DNA of 64,000 nt from Hemiscyllium ocellatum (GCF_020745735.1 NC_083409.1:6933534-6997533), one strand, 5' to 3'. Positions 47,131-62,301 are shown, counted from the stretch's first letter. Numbers and translations are program-made. Notes: a model not told the origin generated them from the sequence alone.

Positions 47131-48370
47131 GATAGTTGAGCTTTTGAAGAAATAAATAGATAAAGATAGATCAGGACACATCGTCGACATGGACTTTAGC
47201 AAGGCCTTAGACAAGGTTTCCCATGGTAGACTTCTGAGTAAGCTTATATCACATAGGATCCAGGGAGAGCTAACCAATTGGATATAAAATTGGCCTGATG
47301 ATAGGAGACAGAGGCTGGTGAGAGAGGGTTGTTTTTCAGACTGGAGGCCAGTGACCAGCCTTCTGCCACAAGAATCGATCCTGGATCCACTGTTGTTCAC
47401 CATTTACATGAACAATTTGGATGAGAAAATAGCAGGAATGATAAGTAAGTTTGTGGCTGACATTAAAATTATTGGCATCGTGGACAGGGAAGAAGGTTAT
47501 CTAAGAATGCAATGTCATCTTCATCAACTGGGCCAGTGGGTCAACAAATCCAGATGGAGCTTAATTTCGATAATTGCTTTGAGTTGCATTTTGGTAACAC
47601 CAACCAGGGCAGAAATTACACAATTAATTGTAGAGCCATGGAGAGTTGTTGAACAGAGAGACTGAGGGGTACAGGTACATAGTTTCTTGAAAGTGGTGTC
47701 ACAGGTAGACAGGATGGTGAAGAAGGTATTTGGCTCGTGGACCTTCACTGGTCAAAGCAGGGAGTACAGGAGCTGGGACATCATGTTACAGCTGTACAAG
47801 GCATTGGTAAAGCCACATTTGGATACTGTGTACATTCCTGCTTACCCTGCTATAGGAAGGAAGTTATTACACTGGTTTGAATAAAAGAAAGATTAAAAGG
47901 GATGTTAGCAAGGTTGGTGAGTTTGAATTACAAGGCGAGGATGGATAAGCCGAGAGATTTTTCCAGTGAATGCAGGAGATTGAGGGGTGACCTTAGAGAG
48001 GTTTATAGAATCATTCGAGCCATAGATAAGATGAATAGCCAAAGTTTTTTTTTCCCCAGCGTAGGAGATCGAGTACGAGAAGGAATAGATTTAAGTTGAG
48101 AGGGGAAAGAATTAGAAAGGAACTGAGAGGCAACCTTTTCGCACAGAGGTTGGTGTGTATGTGTAATAAGCTGCCACAGGAAGTGGTAGAGGGGAGAACA
48201 ATTACTGCACTTCAAGGACATTTGTACAGGAACATGGATAGGAAGGATTTAGAGGGGATTGGGCCAAACGCATGCAGATGGGACTCGTTCAGTTTTGGAA
48301 ACCTGGTCGGCATTGATGAGTTGAGTAGAAGGGCATGCTGCCACGCTGTAAACCTCTATAACTCTACAAT
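47130..48370 (+). mobile_element. CR1-like LINE RT/3' fragment
   Basis: MDFSKALDKVSHGRLL, QESILDPLLFTIYMNNLD, KFVADIKI, RLRGDLREVYRII motifs across several frames. Confidence 0.85.
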
Positions 48371-50939
48371 GATGTAAACATGGGGCACCTTCCCATAGGA
48401 CCAATAAACAGTAAACATGGGCCTCCTTTCCACTGGACTGTCCAGTACCTGAGCTGTGAACCCCACATCCTGTCCATCACGTAGGTCTCTTATTACAACC
48501 TGAACAACATTGTTTGTCTCTGCACTACCTCAGCCTCTTGACCACAGAAACCCCAATTCCTACTCGTCCCACCTCCTGACTCTATGATTTCAATGTCCTC
48601 TCCCAGCTTCCTGAAGCCACATTCCATAAACCCCAACTTGTCTGATGTGGAGTGGTCCCTTCCCTGTTTTACAACTACAGTTGTTCCAGAATCTGACCTC
48701 ACTGCCAGCCAATTGTCTCCATGGCTTCCCTCCTCCCTCACTCTGTGCCCTGCTGCAGACTCACATTCCCTCCCTCCCCCTTCCATCTTCTGTCTCTGGT
48801 CGCCTGCCCATTGCTGCTTCCTCCATCCCACTATTGACAGCAGAGCCTTCAGACCCCGAGAGCATCCTCTCTGCCCTCCTGCCCTTCATCCCTCCCACTC
48901 TCGTTTGTGATATTGAATATACTGTTCAGTTCCATCACTTTTGGTTCGCTGTTCCCTTGCCATTGATTTGCTGACTTATTCTAGTAAATCTAGACTGGTG
49001 TGTTCTCTGATTTGGTTCAAGAGTGTTTTGCTTGAGAAAACACTTCTGTGAAATGGTTTGTCTGTTTCTATCAGTCTTTGTGTAAAGGTGAGACTAAGTG
49101 TGTAAATGCTGTCATTTCATGGAGCAATCCAGTCAGTCCCACCCTCTCCCCTACTCGAGCCCCAGAGCCTTGCAGGTTTATTTCCATCAAGAGCCCATCC
49201 AATCTGCCATTGCAATCACTGAGTGTCTTCACCTGGCTCTCCTGAATGGGCACTGATTTCCAAGTCATTACCAATTGCTGCTGAAAAAACGTTCTTCCTG
49301 AGATTACCTATCCCTTGCCCAACAAAACGTAAGGTATTCTCAATGTGAAGATGGGATTTTGTCTCCACACGGATGTGCGGCGGTCACTCTTACTGATACT
49401 GTCATGGACAGATACACCAGCAGCAGGCAGATTGGTGAAGGTGATAGTGAGGATGTTTTTCCCTTTTGTTGGTTCCCTCACCACCTGCCCCAGGTCCAGT
49501 TGAGCAGCTGAATCAGGTGGAACTTGACCAGCTTGCTCAGTAGTGATGCCTATGAGCATCTCTTTGATGGTGGACTTTGAAGTCCCTTACACAGGGTATA
49601 TCCTGCATCATTCCCAGCCTCAATGCTCCCTCCAAGTGTTGTTCAACATGGAGGAATACTGACTGCTCAGTTGAGGTTGGAGGGAAGGGCAGTGCTATGT
49701 GGTAATCAGCAGGAGGTTTCCTTCGCCATGTTTGACCTGCTGTCATGAGGCTTCATGGGTTCCATAGTTAATGGTGAGGACTCCCAGGGCAATCCCTTTC
49801 CGACTATACACACCACTGTGTTGCCTCCCCTGCTTGGTCTATCCTGCCAGTAAAAAACTGAATGAGGGAACAATTCTGTGCAGGTTTCACAACTTGGAGA
49901 CAGAGCTGCTGCTGGATTCTGTTTCTGATCTCCGAGTGCAGATGTGTGTGTTTGTGAGAGAGTGACTGTCCTTTTTTCCATCACTGTGCTGTTTCTGAAA
50001 AAAAAAATCCCAGAACCAGCCTCCTGTGCTGTCAGGTTCCAGGCCGTGCAGACAGTTCACCATTTTCTCCCATCTCAGTAACAAACACCCAGCTGCTCAG
50101 AGCTCCTTCTTTCAGTTCCTCTTTTGGTGAAGTGTCAACCTTGCGATCTGACAGTCTTTGCAGTTATTTTTTTACACTGTGGCTTTCTGCTGTGGTCAGA
50201 ATCTCTAATAATAAGTGTCCAATCAGTGACAATCGCAACAGCTAAGAGCAGTCAGGACTGAGGAGCCAGGCTCACTGGCAAACACATTGGGAAGATCAAA
50301 GCCATCCTCTTCAGATCCTGGTATAAATTCCATCCCTCTCCCTGAGCACTATCTGCTGCTAAACCAGACACTTTCCAACCTTGGCATCATCTTTGCGGCT
50401 GATCTGAGCCCCATATCCTCCATCTCACAAAGATAAGCCACTGAAAATCTCTGTCATTTCCATGGGACTCCAAATATGACCATGCCAATGTTGTGCTTGG
50501 ACACATCACAGCCACTGCCCTCCGTAACCCTCATCTCATTCCAAATTCTGCTGCCCATATCCAAACTCGCACCAAATCCCATTCCTCCAACCCCCTGCAC
50601 CCTGTGCCTACATTGGCTCCTGGTCCAGCAACACCTCGATTTTCAAATTCTCTTCCTTGTTCTCAAGTCCCTTCCTGTCCTCCACCCTCCCTATCTCTGT
50701 AACCTCCTCCAAACTGCCTCACTCAGTGTGATCAACAATCTTGGAAATATGGCTGTCTATTCCTTAATCCAAGTCATTTAGAAGTATCGTGAAATGCTGA
50801 AATTCCTGCCCAGTTCCCTGGGACACCACTATCCACATTTTGCTCATTGGAGAGCACACACATTATCACCCCTCTCTGTCTCCTACCTCCAAACTAATTT
50901 CTGACCAAAAATAAATACTTTTCTCTCACTAGCGAGAAT

Positions 50940-51965
50940 GGGAGAAAGCAGAGGGACATAGTGAAAGGATACTTGTCAGACTGGAGGCCTGTTTCTAGTG
51001 GAGTGCCTCAGGATTGATGCTGGGACCATTACTGTTTGTTATCAATATCAATGATTAGAAAACATTACAATAGCCGGTATTGTGAACATTGAGGAAGGTC
51101 ATCAGATATTGTAGCAGGAACTTAATCAGCTGTGGAAGTGGGAAAAGAAATGATAAATTGAGTTTAATGTAGATAAGTATGAGGTCTTGCATTTTGGAAA
51201 GTTAAATCAAGATAGGAGTTTCATGGTGAATGATAAGGCCTTAAGGACTGTGGTGGAATAGTGGGATCTCGGATTTCAGGTGCACAGTTCTCTGAAAGTT
51301 GAGTCATAGTTAGACAGGGCAGTGAAGAAGGCTTTTGGCACACTGGCCGTCATCAGTCAGGGCACAGGGTGTAGAAGTTGGGAAGTTATGTTTCAATTGT
51401 ACACGACGTTGGTGAGGCTCTACTTGGAGTATTGTGTTCAGTTTTGGTCACCTTGTTATATGAAGGATATTATTGAACTGGAAAGAGTGCAGAATAAATT
51501 CACAAGGATGTTACCAGGTTTCAACATCTGAGTTTTTGGGAGAGGTTGGGCAAGCCAGAACATTTTTCTTCAGAGTGTCGGAGACGAAAGGGGAATCTTT
51601 CAGAAGTGCAAAACATCTTGAGAGACATGGGTAGGGTGAATGCACTCAGTCTTTGTCCCAGGGTTGGGGAATCAAGGACTAGAGGGCATCAGTTGAAGGT
51701 TAGAATAAACGGGAACCTGAGGGGCAACATTTTTACACAGAGGGTGGTACTCGTATGGAATGAGCTGCCAGCTGAAGTGATTGAGTCAGGTACATTAACA
51801 ACATTTAAAAGGCATTTGGACAAATACATAGATAGTATGTAATTTGAAGGATATGGGCCAAGTGCAGGAAAATGGGGTTAGTGTGGATGGATATTTTGGT
51901 CAGCACGGTCCAGTTTGGGCCAAAGGGCCTCTCTCTGTGCTGTAGGACTCGATGACTCTATGACT
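50940..51965 (+). mobile_element. CR1-like LINE 3' fragment
   Basis: LYTTLVRLYLEYCVQFWSPCY...ELERVQNKFTRMLPG; ATGACTCT tandem tail at ~51950-51970. Confidence 0.85.
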
Positions 51966-52961
51966 CTATAATTCCATATGTTTCCATGTTTATGAACAGT
52001 CTCTCAAACATAGAAACAGAGGAACTAGGAGCAGGAGGAGGCCATTCAGCCCTTCGAGTCAGCTCTGCCAGTCGATATGAACATGGCTGATCATCCAACT
52101 TAGTCCCCTGTTCCCACTTTTTCTCCATAACCTTTAATCCCTTTCTTCCTAAGATCTATACCTGTCACCTTCTTGAAAACATTTAATATTTTGGGCTCAA
52201 CTGCTTTCTGTGACAGAATATTCCACTAGCTTCCCACTCTCTGGCTAAAGAAATGTCTCCTCATCTCAGTCCGAAATGGCCTTTCCCTTTTGTATAAACT
52301 GTAATTCCTGGTTCTGGACTTTCCAGTCATCAGAAACACAATTCCTGTGTTTTCCGGTCTTGTCCTGTTAGGATTTTACAGGTTTCAATGTGATTCCATT
52401 CAAATTTCTAAACTCCAGTGAATATAATCCTACCAGTCCAGTTTCCCATCAGGTCTAATTGCTGTCCTCCCGGGAATCAGTCTGGTAAACCTTCGCTGCC
52501 CTCCCTCCACGACCAGAACATCTATCCTCAGATAAGGAGACCAAAACTGCACACAATACAATCATAAAATCACACAATGTGGAAGAGGCCCTTCAGCCAA
52601 TTAACTGTGTACCAGCCAAACTGCACTAAACCTATACCAGTCCCACTTTCCAACATGAGGCCCATAGGTTGAATGTTATGATATTTCAACTGCGCACCCA
52701 TTACTTTTTAAAGTTTAGGGGTTTCCCACCTCAACTACCTTCCCAGGTTATGCATTCCAGACCCCCACCACCTTCTGGGTAAAAAAACACTTTCCTGAAA
52801 ACAATTTGAAACCTCCTATCTTTGACATTGAACGTGAGCCAACTTGCTATTGACCCTCCCAAGAAGGAGAACAACTGCTTTCTATCCACCCTGTCCATTC
52901 CCCTCATAACGTTATACACCTCTATCGGGTTCCCCCCACTCCCATCTCCTCTTTCTCTGCT

Positions 52962-52989
52962 CTGATGAAGGGCTTATGCCCGAAACGTC
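52962..52989 (+). ncRNA. Minimal hammerhead ribozyme core in a ~90-nt Penelope-end insertion
   Basis: CTGATGA-A-GGGC-TTAT-GCCC-GAAA-C-GTC, inserted into a LINE with an apparent CTCTGA duplication on both sides. Confidence 0.65.
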
Positions 52990-53499
52990 GAATTTCCTAT
53001 TCCTTGGATGCTGCCTGACCTGCTGTGCTTTAACCAGCAACACATTTTCAACTCTGAAGAAAACAACCCGAGCTGATACAATTTCTCTTCATCACTGAGA
53101 GGTTCCATCCCACACAACATCGTGGTGATTCCCCTCTGCACCCCATCCAATGCAATCACATCCTTCCTACAGTGTGGTGACCTAAACTGCACACAGTATT
53201 CTAGCTGTGGCCTCACCAATGTTCTGCTTAACTGCAACATCTCCTCCTGCTTTTATAACCAATACCTGACATGACAAAGGCAAGTGTCCACTACGCCTTC
53301 ATAACTGCTCTGTTAACCTGTCTTGCCATATTCAGGGATCAGTGGAGAAGCACCCAAGATCACGTTGTTCCTTTGTGCTTCCTCAGTTCAAAGAACAAAG
53401 AACAATGAAAATTACAGCACAAGAACTGGCCCTTAGGTTAGACTAGCCTGCACTGGTCCTTATCCTCCATCGAAATCTGTCATCAATTTTCCAAGGTTC

Positions 53500-56400
53500 T
53501 GATTCCCTTTGCTCCCTGCCCATCCATGTATCTATCGAGATATATCTTAAATAATGCTTTTGTGCCTGTCTCTACAACCTCCACTGGCAACGTGTTTCAG
53601 GACCAATCACCCTCTGTGTGAAGAACTTTCCACACATATCTCCCTTAAATGTTTCCACTCTCACCTTGAACTCATGGCCCCCAAGTAATTGATTCCCCCA
53701 CTCTGGGAAAAAGCTTCTTGCTATCCACCCTGTCTGTACCTCTCATGATTTTGTAGACCCCAATCAGGTCCCCCCTCAACGTTCGACTTTCTAATGAAAT
53801 TAATCCTAATCTACTAAACGTCTCTTCATAGCTAGTGCCCTCCATATCAGGCAATCCTGGTGAACTTCCTCTGCACCCTCTCCAAAGCATCCACATCTTT
53901 CTGGTAATGTGGCAACCAGGACTGTATGCAGTATTCCAAATGTGGCCAGCCAAAGTCTGACATAATTCTAATATGACCTTCCAACTCTTGTACTGAATAC
54001 CACGTCTGGTGAAGGAAGGTATGCCATATGACTTTTTGACCACTCTATCTACCTGTGTTGTCACCTCCAGGGTACAATGGACCTGAACACCCAGCTCTCT
54101 CTGGGCATCAATTTTCCCAGGGTGTTCCATTCACCGTACAGTTTACTCCAGATTTGGATCTTCCAAAATTCATCAGATCGCATTTGCCTGGTTTGAACTC
54201 CATCCATCCGTCCGTTTCTCTGCCCAACTGTCCAATCTATCTATATTCTGCTACATTCTCTGACAGTCCCCTTCACTATCTGCTACTCCACCAATATTAG
54301 TGTCATCTGCAAAACTGTTAATCAGACCACCTATACCTTCCTCCAGAGCATTTATGTCTTTTCAGAACAAGAGCGGTACGAGCACGGATTCCTGTTCTCC
54401 ATTTTGAGAAACTCCTTCCACTACTACAGTCTGTCTTCTGTTGCCCAGCCTGTTCTCTATCCATCGACTGAGTACACTCTGGACCCCATATGACTTTTTT
54501 TATCAGGCTACCATGGGGAACTTTATCAAACACCTTACTGAAGTCCATGTGTATGACATCCACAGCCCTTCCCACATCAATCAACTTCATCACTTCTTCA
54601 AAACATTTTATCAAGTTGGTAAGACATGACATTCCCTGCACAAATTCATACTGCCTATTACTGATAAGTCAATTTTCTTCCAAATGTAAATAGATCTTAT
54701 CCCTCAGTATCTTCTCCAGCAGCTTCCCTATCACTACATCAGGCTCACTGGTTGATAGTTACCTGGATTATCCTGGCTACCCTTCTTAAACGTTAACAAT
54801 TCTCCAGTCCTCTGGGACCTAATCCATGTTCAAGGTTGCTACAAAGATATCGATTAAGGCCCCAGCTATTTCCTCTCTTGCTTCCCTCAGTAAGCTGGGA
54901 TCGATCCCATCCCGATCTGGGGACTTATCCACCTTGATGCCTTTTAAAATACCTTAAACCGACTTGACCTCGAGTAATCAAACATCTATGCCCAACTTCA
55001 ACATCTGTCATTTCCCTCTCCTTGGTGAATACCGACGTAAGGTACTCATTAAGAATCTCATCCGTTTTCTCTGACTCCACACATAACTTTCCTCCTTTGT
55101 CCTTGAGTGGACCAACCCTTCCTCTAGTCACCCTATGAATAAAGAATTTGGGATTTTCCTTAATGCTGTAATGATATTTCGTGACCAGTTTTAGCCCTTT
55201 TAATTCCTCACGTCAGATTGGTTCTACTTTCACGATATTCTTCCAAAGCTTTGTCTGTTTTCAACTACCTAGACCTTATGTATGCATCTTTTTTCCTCTT
55301 AGCTAGTCTCACAATTTCATCTGTCATCCAGCGTTTCCTAATCCTGCCATTTCAATCCCTTATTTTCACAGAGACATGTCTGTGCTGACTCGAGTCAACC
55401 TCTCTTTAAAAGCCTCCCACATATCAAATGTGGATTTCCCTTTAAACAGCTGCTCCCAATCTACATTCCCCAGCTCCTGCCAAATTTTGCTATAGTTGGC
55501 TTTTCCCCAGTTTAGCCACCTTCCTTTCGGACCACTCTCATCTTTGTCCATGTGCATTCTAAATCTTATGGAATTGTAGTCACTGTTACCGAAATAATCC
55601 CCGACTGAAATTTCAACCACCTGGCTGGGCTCATTCCCCAACACCAGGTCCAATCTGGCCCCTTCCTGTGTTAGACTATTTCCACATGACTCTGTAAAAT
55701 CCTCCTGGATGCTCCATCTTAACTTCTAACATTAAGTGAATCCCAGTCAATGTTGGGAAAATGAAAATCTTATGTCGCCCACCGCCTTGTTACTCCTACA
55801 TCTTTCCATATTCTGTTTACAAAATTGTACCTCTATCCCACGTTCACTGTTAGGAGGCTTGTAGGATAGCACCAACATTGTTACTGCACCCTTCCTGTTT
55901 TTGAGCTCAACCTATATTGACCCACTGCTCGAGTCCTCCAAAGTGCCCTCCTTCAGCACACCTGTGATATCCTCTCTGACCTGTAATGCAACTCCTCCAT
56001 CCCTTTTACCTCCCTCTCGAACCCATCTGATATATCTGTATCCTGGGATATTTAGTTGCCAATCTTGCCATTCCTTCAACCACGTCTCAGTAATAGCAAT
56101 AACACCATACTCCCAGTTACTAAACCAATCCCTACATTCCTCTGCCTTATCAACGACACTTCTCACATTAAAACAAATGCACCTCAGACCATTTGTTCCT
56201 TTGCGTTCATGATCTGCTCCCTACCTACTCTTCACCTTAGTCACACTGACTTCAATGTCTAGATCCTGACAGGCTTTAGTTACTCCCTCCTTATTGTCCA
56301 ATAACCTCCTCACTTGGTTCCCATTCCTCTGCTACACTATTTTGAACCCTCCGCAAGAGCGTGATCAAACTCATTCCACAGGACATTGGTTCCAGTCCCG

Positions 56401-56760
56401 CCCAGGTGTAGACTGCTCGATTCTTAATTGTTCCACCTCCCCAGCAACCAGTCCCAATGTCCCAAAAATCTGAACCATCTCTCAAGCCACGCATTCCTCC
56501 TGCCTATACTTTCATTTCGACTCTGACGAGCACATGGCACTGGTAGCAATCCTGAGATTACTACCTCTGAGATCCTACATTTTAATATGGCTCCTAACTC
56601 CATAAATTCTGCTTGTAGGACTTCATTCCATTTATTACCGATATCATCGGTGCCTTCATGAACCATCACAGCTAGCTGTTCACCCACCCCTTCAGAAGGT
56701 CCTGCAGCCGATCTGAGACATCCCTGAGCCGTACAACTGGGAGGCAACATGCTATTCGTG
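53500..56760 (-). mobile_element. Long decayed CR1-like LINE (esterase ORF1, endonuclease, RT)
   Basis: VHEGTDDIG...VVISGLLPVP (56424-56750), VIAITETWL..GGVALQV (55912-56166), MDFSKVFDKVPHG (54318-54641), 3' coding end near 53.7 kb; many frameshifts. Confidence 0.88.
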
Positions 56761-57649
56761 TGTCTTGTTTTTGACCACAGAACCGCCGATCTACTCCCCT
56801 TACAAAGTCCAAATCAATCATATCCATGGGCCCCCGTCTTATCAAATCCACTCACTACATCCTCAAACAATTCCAGTCGATTTCCCTTTCAACAATCCAT
56901 GCTGACTCTGTCCAGTTCTGTCACTGTTTTCAAAGTGCTAAGCTATAAAATATTTTATAATGAACTTGGGCATTTTCTCCACTGCTGATGTCTGGCTAAT
57001 TGGTCTAAAATTTCTTATTTTCCATCTCTCTCTCTCTCTCTCTCTCTTTCAATAAATTAGCTCCCGCCACTCTGTAGGACCTATTCCACAGTTGAGAAAC
57101 AGATAACCATCAATGTTTCTAATATTTTTCAACCACTTCTTGAAGCACTCCTGACAATAGATTCTTTGGCCCTGCTGATTTAACACACTTTAATTTTCCC
57201 AGAACCATTTTCCTCCAACAACTGATTTCCTTCAGCTCCTTCCTCTGATAAAACCCCGCGTTCACCAACATGTCTGAGATTTACTTGAGAATTCATTTGT
57301 GCAGAAAGATCCAGAATATATTTATATGTCATCTCTTTGTTCCAACTATAACATTATGACACTTGTGTGGGACTTTCTTGAATGTCATCTGGACGTCCAT
57401 ATAAACAACACATTCCCTTATCGCACACATTAGTGACCTCGTTAAAACATGTAACCAGGTTAATTAAAGATGTCTGAACCTTTTTGAATCCATGCTGACT
57501 TACTCTGATCTGTGCATATATGTCAGACATTCTGTCTCTAAAACCAGATTCAATTACTTCCCAACAATAGACATTCAACAGAGATGTTCATTGTGAGTGA
57601 GGTTAGTAAACAGCTAGCACTGACATGACGGGCTGAACAGCCTCCTCCT

Positions 57650-60600
57650 AGAGCCATAGAGTCAAAGAGATGTATAGCATGGAAACAGACCCTTCGGTCC
57701 AACTTGTCTATGCCGATCAGACATCCCAAACCAACCTAGTCCCACATGCCAACTCCTGGCCCAGATCCCTCCAAACCCTTCCTATTCATATACCCATCCA
57801 GATGCCTTTTAAATGTTGCAATTGTACCAACCTCCACCACTTCCTCTGGCAGCCCATTCTGCACTCGCACCACCCTGTGTGTGAAAAAGTTGCTCCTCAA
57901 GTCTCTTTTATATCTTTCCCCTCTTACCCTAAACCTATGCCCTCTAGTACTGGACTCTACCACCCCCGAGAAAAGACTTGGTCTCTTTACCCTATCCATG
58001 CCCCTCATGATTTTATAAACCTCTGTAAGGTCACTCCTCAGCCTCCGACACTCCAGGGAAAACATCCCAGCCTATTTTACCTCTCCGTATAGCTTAAATC
58101 CTCCAACCCTGGTAACTTCCTTGTAAATCTTTTCTGAACCCTTTCAAATTTCACAACATCTTTCTGATAGGAAGGAGACCAGAATTGAACGCAATACTCC
58201 AAAAGTGGCCTAGGTGACCTCCCAATTCCTATACTCAATACTCTGATCATTAAAGGAAAGCATACCGAATGTCTTCTTCATTATCCTGTCTACCTACGAC
58301 TCTACTTTCAGGGAGCTATGAACCTGCACTCCAAGGTCTCTTTATTCAGCAACACTCCCGAGGACCTTATCATTAAGTGTATAAATCCTGCGAAGATTTG
58401 CTTTCCCAAGTGCAGCATCTTGCATTTATCTAAATTAAACTTCATCTGCCATTCCTCAGTCCAATGTCCCATCGGATCAAGATCCTGTTTTAATCTGAGA
58501 TAACCTTCTTCGCTGTCCACTACACCTCCAATTTTGGTGTCATTTGCAAACTTAGTAACTCTACCGCCTATGTTCATATCCAAATCATTTATGTAAATGA
58601 CAAAAAGTAGTTGACCCAGCACCAATCCTTATGACACTACACTGGTCACAGGCCTCCAGTCTGAAAAACATCCCTCCACCACCACCCTCTGTCTTCTACC
58701 TTTGACACAGTTCTGTATCCAAATGGCTAGTTCTCCTGTATTCCATGAGATCTAACCTTGCTAACCAATCTCCCATGGGGAACCTTGTCGAATGCCTTAC
58801 TAAAGTCCATACAGATTCTGTCTAACACTCGGCCCTCATCAATTCTTTCTGTTACTTCTTCAAAAAACTCAATCAAGTTTGCGAGACATGATTTCCCATA
58901 CACAAAACCATGCTGACCAACCCTAATCATTTTTTGCCTTTCCAAATATGTGGACAATCTGTCCCTCAGGATTCGTTCCAACAACTTCCTCACAATCGAT
59001 GTCTGGTTCATTAGTTTACAGTTCTCTGGCTTGTCCTTATCACCTTTCTTAAATAGTGGCACCAATTAGTGAACCTCCAGTCTTCTGGTACATCATCTGT
59101 GACTATTGAGGATACAAATATCACAGTAAGAAGCCCAGCAAACACTTCCTTAGCTTCCCACAGAGTCCTAGGGTACACCTAATTAGGTCGTGGGGATTTA
59201 TCCACGTTTATGCATTTCAAGACATCTAGCACCTCCTCGTCTGTAATATGAACATTTTCGAGATGTCACCATCTATTTCCCTACATTATATATCTTCAAT
59301 ATCTTTCTCCACAGTTAAACTGAAGCAAAATACTCGTTTAGTACCTGCTCCATCTCCTGCGGCTTCACATAAAGGTCGCCTTGCTGATCTTTGAGGGGCC
59401 CTATTCTCTCCTTAGTTACCCTCTTGTGCTTAATGCATTTGTAAAACTCCTCTAGATTCTCTTTAACCTTATTTGCTAAAGCAATCTCATGTCCCCTTGT
59501 TGCCTTCCTCATTTCCCTCTTAAGTATACTCCTACTGCCTTTGTATACCTCTAATGATTCACTCGATCTATCCTGTCTATACCTGACAAATGCTCCATTC
59601 TTTTTCTTAACCAAACCTTCAACTTCTCTTGTCATCCAATATTACCTACACCTCCCAGTACTTCCTTTCAGCCTAACTAAAATGTACATTCTCTGGACTC
59701 AAGTTATCTCCTTTCTGAAGGCTTCTCATTTTCCAGCTGTCCCTTTACCTGCGAGCAACTTCCCCCAAAAAGCTTTTCATAGTTTTAGATTAGACTACTT
59801 AGTGTGGAAATAGGCCCTTCAGCCCATACGGACCCTCCAAAGAGCAACCCACCCAGACCCATTCCCCTATGTTTACCCCTTCACCTCACACAATGGTCAA
59901 TTTAGCTTGGCCAATTCACCTAACCTGCACATTTTTGGACTGTGGGAGGAAACCGGAGCACCCGGAGGAAACCCACGATGACATGGGAAGTATGTGCAAC
60001 ATCCACATAGACAGTTGCCTGAGGTGGGAATTGAACTGTGAGGCAGCAGTGCTAAACACTGTGCCACTGTGCCTGATACTGGCAAAATTAGCCTTCCTCC
60101 AAATTTAGAACTTCAACTTCTGGATCTGGTCTATCCTCTTCCATCTCTATTTTAAAATGAATAGAATTATGGTCGCTGACCAAAAGTGCTCCTCCACTTG
60201 CACCTCAGTCACCTGCCCTGCATTATTTCCCAAGAGTAGGTTGAGTTTTGCAGCTTCTCTAGGAGGTACAACCACATACTGAATCAGAAAATTGTCTTGT
60301 ACGCACTTAACAAATTCCTCTCCATCTAAACCCTTAACACTATGACAGTCACAGTCTATGTTTGGAAAGTTAAAATCCCCTACTATAACCACCTCATTAT
60401 TCTTACTGATAACTGAAATCTCCTTACAAATTTGTTACTCAATTTACCGCTGACTACCGCAGGGGGGCTATAATATAATCCCAACAAGGTGATTATCCCC
60501 TTCTTTTTTCTCAGTTCCACCCAAATAACTGCCCTGGGTGTATTTCCGGTAATATCCTCCCTAAGTAGAGCTGTAATGCTATCCATTATCAAAAATGCCA

Positions 60601-61630
60601 CTCCCCTCCTCTCTTGCCTTCCTTTCTGTCCTTCCTGTTGTATTTGTATCCTAGAACATTAATCAGCCAGTCCTGCCCATCCTTGAGCCATGTTTCGGTA
60701 ATTGCTATGCTATCCCAGTCTCATGTCCATAACCACACCCTAAGTTAGTTTTCCTTCCCTGTTAGGACTCTTGCATTGAAATAAATGCATTTTAATTTAT
60801 CAGTCTTACATTGTTCTCTGCTTTGTCCCCGCCTTCCCTGACTGTTTGACTTGCTTTTGTTCTCAACTGTACCAATCTCAGATTGAAATCTTTCCTTCCT
60901 ATGTCCCTGGGTCTCACCCACACATCTTTCTAGTTTAAATCCTCCCGAGCAGCTCCAGCAAATTTTCCTGCCAGTGTATTAGGCCCCTTCCAATTTAGGT
61001 GCAATCCGTCTTTCTTGTACATGTCACTTCTACCTCAAAACAGCTTCCAAAGATCCAAAAATGTGAATCCTTCTTCCAAACACCAGCTCCTCAGCCATGC
61101 ATTCATCTGCTCTATCCTCCTATTCCTGCCCTAACTAGCTCATAGCACCAGAAGTAATTTAGATATTACTACTCTCGAGGACCTCCTTTTAAATTCCTGC
61201 CTAACTCTCTGCAATCTCCCTTCAGAATCTCAACCTTTTCCCTTCCTATGTCGTTGGTTCCAAAGTGTACAATGACCTCCTGTTGGTCCCTCTCCACCTT
61301 AAGAACATTCTGCATCCTCCCTGAGACATCCTTCATCCTGGCACCATGGAAGGAACACACCATTCTGATTTTTCACTGCTGGCCACAGAAACGTCTGTCT
61401 GTACCTCGGGCTAGAGAGTCCCCTAACACAGTCAATCGTTTGGAACCCGACGTACCTCACATTACATTAGAGCCAGTGTCAATACCAGAATCTTGGCTGC
61501 TCATGCTAAGTATCCCTGAGCTTCTATCACCCCCTACATTTTCCAAAACAGCATACTTGTTTGAAATGGGAATAGCCACAGAACACTCCTGCACTACTTG
61601 CCTACCTCTCTTGCCTTTCCTGGAGTTACG
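57650..61630 (-). mobile_element. Second long decayed CR1-like LINE, interrupted by a SINE at ~59810-60075
   Basis: VIVHFGTNDIGR (61169-61363), VIVGDFNFPNID (60147-60392), CMDFSKAFDKVPHGRL (58727-59065), LFVIYINDLD..KFANDTKIGG (58308-58625). Confidence 0.88.
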
Positions 61631-62301
61631 GTAAGAGCCCATGGGAATCCAAGGCAATTTGGCAAATTGGATCCAAATATGAGGCAAGAGTGCTGGTGGA
61701 GGGTTGTCTTTGTGATTGGAAGCCTGTGACCAGTGATGTAAGACAGGGACTGGGGCTCGAACCCTTGCTGTTTGTAATGTACATTAACAAATTGATTGTG
61801 ATTGTTTATTTAGAAAGTTTTCGGAGGCCACACAAATTGCTGGTGTTGTTCATATTGATTTGATTTTTATTTACGTTTATTGTCACGTGTACTCGAGTAC
61901 AAAAGTATTGGAGTACAGTGAAAAGTATGTAACGTCACCTCACAAGGTGCCATCTTAGGTACAAGGACCTCAGAACAGAATCGTAAGAACAAGGTAGAAA
62001 GAAAGAATAAAGTTCAAAGTTACACGTTACACATCTTTTTACTTTTAAGTAGAAAATGAAGAAATAAAGCTGAAAGTTTAAGCATTACAGCATTTCTTAA
62101 GAACTTAGCTACCATGGGATCATACTTTAAGTCATCATCTCAAGACCAGAACTCCACGCTGAGGCCTTCCCGGGAGAAGAGACGACCATATACAGAAAGG
62201 ACCACTATGTGGGCTGAGAGACAACCACTCTGGGCCACTCAGAACTCATTGAACTAGGCCGAGTGACCATCACACTGGGCTGACAGTCTGGCATGCTGGG
62301 C

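Noticed and set aside
49961-49988. CACAGTG + 12 nt + ACAGTCACT on the minus strand
   Set aside because: The nonamer matches 5/9 and lacks the A tract, and no V exon lies next to it; consistent with chance.
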